Below, one piece after another: positions 20,579 through 28,781 of a stretch of DNA of 64,000 bases. The DNA comes from Eubacteriales bacterium (GTDB taxonomy: Bacteria > Bacillota > Clostridia > Saccharofermentanales > UBA5734). Made by a program: the position numbers and the translations under genes. The notes under the pieces were generated by a model. The model saw only the letters and a list, made by a program, of their open reading frames with translations, did not search any database and was not told the DNA's origin. Numbering within the stretch: position 1 is the first letter of the stretch; each line of letters opens with the position of its first letter. The stretch spans positions 2,382 through 66,381 of the forward strand of contig JAQUEY010000002.1 of assembly GCA_028684955.1 (NCBI GenBank), given 5' to 3'.

Positions 20579-22819
20579 TCATCTGTCTCTCCCAAACGTC
20601 TCCAGCCACTCGCAGAGCTGCTTTTCCGGCAAGGGTTTTTGAATCAAATAGCCTTGGAAACAATCACACTCGATCGATGTCAGATACCGGCGCTGCTCGT
20701 GTGTTTCAATGCCTTCAGCCACCACTTTCATATCGAGCAGATGGCCGATGGCGATGATCGAACGGGTCAAGGATTTGGCTTTTGGATCATCGAGCAGATT
20801 CTTGACAAAAGAACGATCGATTTTCAGGGTGGACATGGGCAGTTCTTTCAAATAGCTCAGGGAGGAGTAGCCTGTGCCAAAGTCATCGAGGGCAATACAG
20901 ATGCCGGCAGCCCGTAGTCGCTCCAGCTTGGCGATGACTTGTTCGGTGGTTTTCAGGAAGGCAGATTCGGTGATCTCCAGTTCCAGACAGGTCGGGTTGA
21001 GCCCGGTCTGTTCCAGGATCATCAGGACCTGTTCGACAAAATGGTCTTGCTGAATCTGGATGGAGGAGATGTTGACCGAAACATAAAACGCGGATTGCAA
21101 CCTGGTATTGAGGTCTCGGATGAATTGGCAGGCGGTTCTGAGCACCCATTCACCGAGAGGGATGATCAATTGGCTTTCTTCAGCCGCCTTGATGAATATC
21201 AGGGGGGAGATCTGGCCTTGGCCAGGGCGATTCCAGCGTACCAGGGCCTCGAAGCCACAAATCTTGCCCGATTGGGCAATCAGCTGCGGCTGGTAATGCA
21301 GCTCGAATTCCTGATTGGCCAGGGCCTGGCGCAAATCACTCTGGAGCAGCGCCTTGGCAACCACGGCCTGGCCGAAAGCCGGATCATACACCGTCGCGAT
21401 CCCGCGCTGGATGGACTTGGCATGGTACAGGGCTGTGTCTGCGTGTTTCAAGAGTTCGTCAAACGTTTTACCGTGTTCGGGGTAGCTGACAATCCCGCCA
21501 CTGGCAGACAGATTGAATACGTGATCCGCAATTGCCAGCGGTTTTGCGATGTGCTCCAGCATGCGTGCTGAATCAGGACACACGGTTGGGTTTGCGTTGC
21601 GGATGAACAGGCAGGCGAACTCGTCACTGCCAAGATTGAAAACCTGAACCTTGCTTTCCGGTTCAGCACGGCTCAATCGCCTGGCTATTTTTTGCAGGAC
21701 CTGGTCTCCGACGGCATGGCCAAAAGCTTCATTGACTTCTTTGAAATCATCGAGATCGAGAAAAAGGAAACAAAAATGATCCATATCGGGATCCGAAATC
21801 AACGATTCCACCGTTTCCTTGAAGCGGTTCTTGTTGGGTAACCCAGTGACCCGATTGACATAGGCCAGATCTTCGATTTCTGACAATTTGCTTTGCAAGG
21901 TGGTATTTGCTACAGCCAGTTCATCGCGAGCTGATTCCAGACGCCTGAGGCTTTGTTGGAGATCGATTTTCAGGAGCTTGATCAATGTTTGCATCAGCCG
22001 GAACAAACCAGCAATCAAGATCAGGACCAGGATGACCGAAAAAGCGATGCGCCAGTTACGGGTCCTGGTATAGTCAGCTGTGTGTTCGTAGAAATATTTT
22101 TCATAGATCTCTTCAAAGACACCGCTGCGCTTGAGTTCGCTGATCCTCTGGTTCATGAAACTGACAAGCTCAGGGCGGTTCTTGCTGATGGCGTAGGCAT
22201 GGGCGCGGGGATAGAGCTGTGTCAACTGGGCGATGACGGGTCCTTTTAGGCCATGGCGGATCAGAAGGTTGTCTAGCAATTGCTGGTTTTCAAAGATCAG
22301 ATCGATCGACCCGGACTGCAAGTCCAAGATCGCGTGTTCCAGATCGTCATAGGCGACATACGATGTGATCCCAAGGTCATTTTGCAGGACTGACTCGGAA
22401 TAATAACCTCGGCCTACGCCAATTTTAAGCCTTGGTAAATCCTCCAGGGAGATTTCCCGGAAATCAGATCGCGAATAGACTGCGAGATAGGAATAGAAAA
22501 GCGTTTCAGTGAACAGGACTTCTTGTTTGCGTTCCTCGGTCACTGCAATGATGCCAGCCAAGTCAATCTGCCCGGAAACAAGCCGCGGATAGACCTTGTC
22601 TCAAGAGTCAGTCGAATAGTTGAGGACATAGGCATCGGTGTTGAACAAGATATTGGTCAGATAGGGGTCGAAACCATACAAACTGCCATCGGTGGTGTAG
22701 GAAAAGGGTGGGTATTCCTTGTCAACCTGATAGTTGATCGTTTCAGGCTGGGCACAGACTGGCTGGGGAACCCACAGGATCACAGCAATCATCAGGAAAA
22801 ATGCCAGTCCGCGTCGCAT
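20579..22819 (-). pseudogene. Family-3 SBP + degenerate GGDEF (GSDEF) + EAL protein interrupted by an in-frame TGA at 22601-22603
   Basis: ORFs 22601-22837 and 20579-22561 are in the same frame: ...NYSTDS*DKVYPRLVSGQIDLAGII...; EAL motifs intact (FEALVRW, DDFGTGYSS, EGIE); AGGAAAGGA RBS before ATG 22819. Confidence 0.82.
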
Positions 22820-23016
22820 GATGATCCTTTCCTGCATGTTGATAAGCTATAGGATTGTTTGGTTTCAATCTTTAGTTTCAAGTATAGCATGACACCTGGT
22901 TGTTTTGCCCATCGCATCGCGTGACATTAGCGTCAATGCTATAATATTCTGAAACTATAAAACCTGCCGGAAACGACCGGTTCGGGACAAACTTTACTTA
23001 ACCAGAGGATTTCATC

Positions 23017-23370
23017 GTGGAAAATCGCTATTTGCAAAAGCAGTTCGAAACGGAACAATATCGACATCAGGCTAATCTTGTCTATCGCAGCACAATCATC
23101 GTTTTTCCTGGTAAGAGACCAGACACCCCCTGTGCCGTAGAGTGCTGGATTGACTGGCTTTTTCCACACCCTCAATGTTGTGCTCAATTTTCGGGCGTAG
23201 CTAATTCAGCCAGCATAGGCGCTTTACATATCCCTCCACATATCCCTCCACAGAGTGATTTTGATCAAAAACTGGCGCTCGACAAGGCCGATAAATTTCT
23301 CTACCAGGCCAAAGCGAAGGGTCGTAACCGGGTCGTGTTTGAAACCTTGCAGAGGGAAACACTTTCTTAA
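23017..23370 (+). pseudogene. GGDEF-domain C-terminal remnant
   Basis: Ends SIG...LDKADKFLYQAKAKGRNRVV (GGDEF C-terminus) but has no GGDEF motif or N-terminal half. Confidence 0.6.
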
Positions 23371-23417
23371 GTAGACAGCAAGCCCAATGAAGTCAAATCT
23401 AGAGAAATGGAAGTGAC

Positions 23418-26400
23418 ATGGCCATGTCAGATCATCATGTAGCTCGGATTCCGGAATTAGCCCAGTACAATCCAGAGCATCTTCTTTCACTGGGCATGGG
23501 TCTGGTTGCTGTGGTCAGCCAGGATGGCTTGCTTCTCAAGACAAATTTGGCTTGGGAGACAATCCTGGGCCATCCAGTCGATCAATTGATCAATCAACCA
23601 TTCATCTCCATGATCCATCCGGATGATGTTAGATCCACCCAGATTGCGATGTCCAGTCTGATTAACAAAGAAAACTTGGCTGGTTTTGTCAACCGATACC
23701 GTTGCCGGGATGGATCGTATCGCCTCATGGAATGGAATGCGCAGATGCGGGATGGTTTGATCTATGCCATAGCCCGTGATGTCACAGAAAGAGCATTTAT
23801 CAGAAAACAAATGCAAACTGAACACGAGCGATTGGAGTTGGCCATCTGGGGCACCAGTGACGGAATCTGGGACTGGGACCTGGTTGCCAGTACGCTTTAT
23901 CTGTCGCCGCGCTGGAAAGAACAGCTTGGATATGCGGATTTTGAGCTTGAAAGTTATCAGGAATTATTTTTCGAACTGCTACACCCGGATGATCGTGACA
24001 GAATCAAACAAGTTATTAACGATTATCTGCAACGCAAAATCGAAACCTATGATGTCGAATTCCGTTTGCAACATAAAAACGGCGACTACCGCTGGATTCA
24101 GGCCAGGGGTAAGGCTTTCTGGGGAGAAGATGGAAAAGCCTACCGGATGGCTGGCGCCCATACTGATATCACGGAACGCAAAAACCAGGAGAAGCAGATC
24201 GAACTTCTTAGTTTCCACGACCAGCTGACTGGACTCTTCAATCGTCACTCTTACGAGAAATTGATCGAAGAATGGACACACCCCTTTAAGAAGAATGATT
24301 TTTTTTCGTTGATCGTGGCTGATGTCAACGGTCTCAAACTGGCCAATGATGCCTTTGGCCATGAGATGGGTGACCGGCTTCTTTTAGCCTTTGCTAATGC
24401 ACTCAGAAAAGTCGCCCGTCCCCAGGACTTGGCAGCCCGCCTGGGCGGCGACGAATTTATCCTGTTCATGCCGGTGACGTCAGAGACTGAATCAGATCAG
24501 ATATTCACAGCCCTGACTCAAGCCTGCCAGGAAGAAAAAATCGATTTTCTCGACTTGTCAGTTTCCCTGGGGTCAACATCGATTGTATCCAAAGCCACGA
24601 CCATCCAGGATGCCTACAAAATAGCCGAAGACGCCATGTACGAGCAAAAAATGGTCGAAGGCGAGCGATATCGCAATGCGATGGTCCAGCACATGGTCGA
24701 CTGTGTTCTACTTGTTGATCCGGCTGAAAAAGCCCATGCCGAACGTGTGGCCCAGATCTGCGTGCGCATGGGCAAGCTGATCGGGTTCAACGCCAGTCAG
24801 TTAGCCGCTTTGGAGCTGGCTGGCCGCTTGCATGACATTGGCAAAATTGGCCTCGATCCTGAGCACGTTCATTGGAACGAGCATGCTCAAGGCTATGACT
24901 CGGAGGACCTGAAGAAACACGTCCAGATCGGCTACTATATCCTGCATTCGGCCAGCCAGTACACTCATGTTGCCGAAGCAGTCCTGGCTCACCATGAGTG
25001 CTATGATGGCGAGGGATACCCAAAAGGCCTCAAGGGCCAGGAGATACCGCTCATCGCCCGGATCCTTAAAATCGCCAATGAATACGAGATCCTGGTCAGA
25101 AGCGGTTTATCCGTGGATGCTGCTATCGAACGCATGACCGGGCTGGCGGGGAGCGCCTACGATCCGGCTTTGATGGTGTCATTGATCGAACAGGCGGTGT
25201 TTTTCGACGGCGCAAACCGTCTCGCGCAGGATCGATTGCATTCTGGACCAATGGCAACTGCTTTGGATCCGTATCTGACAGAGGACCTGTATGATCAGCA
25301 ACTGTCTGATCAAATCGCAGGGATGATTGCCAATCATCAAATGGACGACGCTCTGGGCAGCCTGGTTTCCAACCAGCAGCTTTTTGAAGCATTCTACCAA
25401 TATCACCAAAAATCCAAAGCTGCCCTGACTCCGTTCAAGCATGTGTTTGACCATGCCAATTATGGCTTGAGCATCAATGAGCTGGATGGCACGACTCTGT
25501 ACATCAACCCCTATTTTGCCCGGATCCACGGTTTTGAACCCGAGGAATTGATCGGTGCAAAAATCGAATTGTTTCATACCCCCGCTCAGCAAAAACAGGT
25601 CTTCAAACTGGTGAAAAAAATCATTGAGCAGGGTGGGTTCCAGGCTGAGGAGGTCTGGCATGTGGACCGTGCCGGGCAGGAATTCCCGATGTTGATGACA
25701 GGCATCTACATTGAAGGCGATGTGGAACGGGGCCAGAAACCTTACATGGCTGCGACATCGATTGATATCCGCGAGATCAAAGCCCAAGAAGCCGAGATCA
25801 TGTACCTGAACCAGCACGACCCTCTGACTGGGCTTCTCAATCGCAATGCCCTGAACTCGCTCATGATTGAAGGCCAGCATGACTCAAACGCGCAAGACCA
25901 ATCGGTGCTCTTCATCAATATCGACAAGTTCAAACTGGTCAATGATGCATTGGGACATCAGGCGGGCGACGATCTGCTGGTCCAGCTGACCGGCCGGCTT
26001 GTAGCAATGGTTGGTGCCAAGGATTGCGTTTACCGGTATGGTGGTGATGAATTTCTCATTCTGTTGCCATTGCTGGAGCCAGACCAGGTCATGACCATGG
26101 CAAAATCCATCCAGCAAATGATTGTGCGCCAGATCGACATCCATCACTCAGCAGTCCTGATTACCGCCAGCCAGGGTATTTGCATCGGTCAGCCCGGGCT
26201 GACCCTCGAGCAAACCATCACCCGGGCTGAAACCGCCCTGTACGAGGCAAAAAAGAAACGCAACACAATTGCGATCTACCAGGATTCGATGGAAAAGGCT
26301 AGGACCCGTGATGTCCTTTTAGAGCAGGACCTGCAGTACGCGCTGGAGCACAACCAGTTCGAATTGTTCTATCAGCCGATCTTCAATGTGCGCACGGGCC

Positions 26401-27530
26401 GGATCGATCAGGCCGAGGCATTGTTGCGCTGGAACCATCCTGTCTTTGGCCGGGTTCCGCCACTCGATTTCATTCCGATCGCCGAACGCACACGCCTGAT
26501 CATCCCGATCACCGACTGGGTCATCCGGCAAGCCTGTGCCAAGGTGGCCGAGTGGTCCAGACTTGGCATCGAAGGGATCATGGTCAGTGTCAATCTGTCT
26601 ATTCTGTCGATTGAAAATCGCGGCCACGAATTGGTCGATTTCATCGCCACAGCCATTACGGACTCTGGCATCTCACCTTTCAGGCTCAAACTGGAGATTA
26701 CGGAAAGCACCCTGGTCAACGACCTGGACGAAATCGTCGCTGTTTTCCAGAAGCTGAAGCAGATCGGAGTCAAACTGGCTCTGGATGACTTTGGAACCGG
26801 CTACTCATCCTTTGGTTACATGAAAGACCTGCCCCTGGACATCATGAAACTTGATCGGTCCCTGATCGGCAACATCGACGTGAGTGAAAAGGAACAGATG
26901 ATTGTTGGATCGATGGTCACCATCATCCATGGCCTTGGTCTCGAAGTTGTGATCGAAGGGGTTGAAACCAAAAAGCAGCTCGACAGTCTAATGAAGTTTG
27001 ATTGTGACTATATCCAAGGCTACTATTTCAGCAAACCTCTGCCAGCAGATGAATTCCTGCGCTATTTCTTCTCCGTGACAGAGCAGTATCGCGAGGATTT
27101 CCTGTCGGAATACCCGCCCCTTCATTCCCAGGTTCATCTGGACTGGCAAGAGGAGTGGAACAGCGGCAATACCCAGATCGACCGGCAACACCAGGAACTG
27201 ATGCAGGATGCCAACCGTCTGATTCGCCTCGCCCTGGATGGCAAGGATCTGGCAAAACTCTTGCAAGAACTGGATCTCATGATCGAACACATCATGGAGC
27301 ACTTTGCCTATGAAGAACAAGTCCTGGAGGCAATCGGCTATCCAGAACTAAAGGCTCATCAGAAAGAACACGAACGGCTTGTCCGAGAGCTCCTCCAGCT
27401 CAAACAAAACTACCTGCAAAAAACAGTGCGTCCGACTGTTTTCTTCAGTTTCCTGGTCGACCAGGTGATCCTGGGTCATCAGATTGATGAGGACGCGAAG
27501 TATTTTAGCTGGACTCGCCAGACGACCTGA
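23418..27530 (+). CDS. PAS-PAS-GGDEF-HD-GYP-PAS-GGDEF-EAL-bacteriohemerythrin c-di-GMP signalling protein
   Basis: PAS (IHPDD, LHPDD..GAHTDITERK); RLGGDEF; HDIGK..HHE..GYP; RYGGDEF; EALLRW..DDFGTGYSS; hemerythrin IDRQHQEL..HFAYEE..HQKEH..H..ED. Confidence 0.92.
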   Translation: MAMSDHHVARIPELAQYNPEHLLSLGMGLVAVVSQDGLLLKTNLAWETILGHPVDQLINQPFISMIHPDDVRSTQIAMSSLINKENLAGFVNRYRCRDGSYRLMEWNAQMRDGLIYAIARDVTERAFIRKQMQTEHERLELAIWGTSDGIWDWDLVASTLYLSPRWKEQLGYADFELESYQELFFELLHPDDRDRIKQVINDYLQRKIETYDVEFRLQHKNGDYRWIQARGKAFWGEDGKAYRMAGAHTDITERKNQEKQIELLSFHDQLTGLFNRHSYEKLIEEWTHPFKKNDFFSLIVADVNGLKLANDAFGHEMGDRLLLAFANALRKVARPQDLAARLGGDEFILFMPVTSETESDQIFTALTQACQEEKIDFLDLSVSLGSTSIVSKATTIQDAYKIAEDAMYEQKMVEGERYRNAMVQHMVDCVLLVDPAEKAHAERVAQICVRMGKLIGFNASQLAALELAGRLHDIGKIGLDPEHVHWNEHAQGYDSEDLKKHVQIGYYILHSASQYTHVAEAVLAHHECYDGEGYPKGLKGQEIPLIARILKIANEYEILVRSGLSVDAAIERMTGLAGSAYDPALMVSLIEQAVFFDGANRLAQDRLHSGPMATALDPYLTEDLYDQQLSDQIAGMIANHQMDDALGSLVSNQQLFEAFYQYHQKSKAALTPFKHVFDHANYGLSINELDGTTLYINPYFARIHGFEPEELIGAKIELFHTPAQQKQVFKLVKKIIEQGGFQAEEVWHVDRAGQEFPMLMTGIYIEGDVERGQKPYMAATSIDIREIKAQEAEIMYLNQHDPLTGLLNRNALNSLMIEGQHDSNAQDQSVLFINIDKFKLVNDALGHQAGDDLLVQLTGRLVAMVGAKDCVYRYGGDEFLILLPLLEPDQVMTMAKSIQQMIVRQIDIHHSAVLITASQGICIGQPGLTLEQTITRAETALYEAKKKRNTIAIYQDSMEKARTRDVLLEQDLQYALEHNQFELFYQPIFNVRTGRIDQAEALLRWNHPVFGRVPPLDFIPIAERTRLIIPITDWVIRQACAKVAEWSRLGIEGIMVSVNLSILSIENRGHELVDFIATAITDSGISPFRLKLEITESTLVNDLDEIVAVFQKLKQIGVKLALDDFGTGYSSFGYMKDLPLDIMKLDRSLIGNIDVSEKEQMIVGSMVTIIHGLGLEVVIEGVETKKQLDSLMKFDCDYIQGYYFSKPLPADEFLRYFFSVTEQYREDFLSEYPPLHSQVHLDWQEEWNSGNTQIDRQHQELMQDANRLIRLALDGKDLAKLLQELDLMIEHIMEHFAYEEQVLEAIGYPELKAHQKEHERLVRELLQLKQNYLQKTVRPTVFFSFLVDQVILGHQIDEDAKYFSWTRQTT

Positions 27531-27547
27531 TCCAGAGGGAGGTTTTA

Positions 27548-27922
27548 TTGATCAACCTCGACGATAACCAGGTCTCAGATTTAAAGCCGTTGTCGGGATT
27601 GGTTCATTTGGAGTATTTGCTGCTGGATAACAATCAGGTGGAAGACCTGGCCCCGCTGGCTTCTCTGAGCCAGCTGCAGACGTTAACGCTGGATACTAAC
27701 CTCGTGACCGATCTACTGCCTGTGTCGTCCCTGTCTGCGCTTTCGGAACTGCAGCTATCGGACAATCAGATCCAGGACCTGCGGCCGCTGCAGCCTCTTA
27801 AAAAGCTCGACACCCTCGTGCTCAGCGGTAATCCGCTCGATCTCGGACAACCTGGGCAACAATCGATCCTTCAGAATTTCCATAATAAGGGGACATCGGT
27901 CTATGTCGATGGTGAGGGGTGA
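27548..27922 (+). CDS. Short internalin-type leucine-rich repeat protein (possibly a remnant)
   Basis: 22-aa repeats LxLDxNQVxDLxPLxxLxxL; GGGAGG RBS with TTG start; no signal or anchor. Confidence 0.75.
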   Translation: MINLDDNQVSDLKPLSGLVHLEYLLLDNNQVEDLAPLASLSQLQTLTLDTNLVTDLLPVSSLSALSELQLSDNQIQDLRPLQPLKKLDTLVLSGNPLDLGQPGQQSILQNFHNKGTSVYVDGEG

Positions 27923-28032
27923 ATGAGTCTATGGAAGCTCGGGAAATACCAAATCTCAGGCAGTGAAGAGGAAGTGCCCCCTATGAAACTCGTGCGAATG
28001 TCTGGCGGTCCTGGTACCTCTTCGGGCCTCAG

Positions 28033-28470
28033 TCACCCTTGCCTGGCCATTTTGCCGCGCAGGATGACAGTCTTGAACCGCCAGCCCTGGGCAGTTGCGA
28101 CTGCCTTGACCTGTTTGGGAATCGCACCCAGATCGAGCTTGATCTCGTAAGCCTTGCCATCGAGTCCGTACTGGACCAGCTTGACTTTGCGGTAGACAGT
28201 GGTGCCGGACTGGAATGATTCGCTGCTCGAACTGCCGAAAGAAAAACCAGAGCCAGTTTCTTTGGTCATGCTGTAATAATAGACCGTCTGGTCAGAGGCG
28301 TCAGCCCGGACCAGCCCTTCGAAATGGATCTTCTTGTTTCCACCCAGCCAGCTGGCATTGAGAAATTCTGCCGTGATGTCGAGATCACTGTAACCACCTC
28401 GCTGCACCGGCAGATTCAAGGTTTGCAGCTCGTGTTCGATCTGAGCCAGTAATTCATCGCGTCCTGCCAT
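28033..28470 (-). CDS. Hypothetical protein (145 aa)
   Basis: GGAGGA RBS; compact soluble sequence; divergent from the protein B operon. Confidence 0.7.
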   Translation of the reverse strand: MAGRDELLAQIEHELQTLNLPVQRGGYSDLDITAEFLNASWLGGNKKIHFEGLVRADASDQTVYYYSMTKETGSGFSFGSSSSESFQSGTTVYRKVKLVQYGLDGKAYEIKLDLGAIPKQVKAVATAQGWRFKTVILRGKMARQG

Positions 28471-28579
28471 TGGGAAATCCTCCTGCTTGATCGACCAAAA
28501 GAGTTTTTTTCAGTATACGCCGAGCTGAGGGCCATGCCTATTGGAAGCTCTTCGCTATCCGCAATGTTGTGCCGGGCGC

Positions 28580-28653
28580 AATCCCTAGGCAAACTGGCCT
28601 GATCAAACGAAGCGATTTCGTCCAATTCGATCAGGCCAGTTTGCGCAGGGATT
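28580..28653. repeat. Long intergenic inverted repeat / stem-loop
   Basis: AATCCCT-ag-GCAAACTGGCCTGATC ... GATCAGGCCAGTTTGC-gc-AGGGATT (7+16 bp), with inner ACGAA/TTCGT. Confidence 0.85.
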
Positions 28654-28781
28654 TTGAATCAGGGCCTTAAATTTCTGGGTTACACCAGATCCGTTAACCA
28701 GGACGGTTGATTGTTGCCTGCCAAAATGATTAAAATACAAGCATTGATCGATCCAGCCAATCAAATCGCGGAGGCCAGATC

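Noticed and set aside
22601-22603. Selenocysteine insertion or TGA=Trp genetic code
   Set aside because: The position fits Trp rather than a catalytic Cys/Sec, and many genes here (typA, mltG, glgP, infB) end at TGA, so the standard code applies
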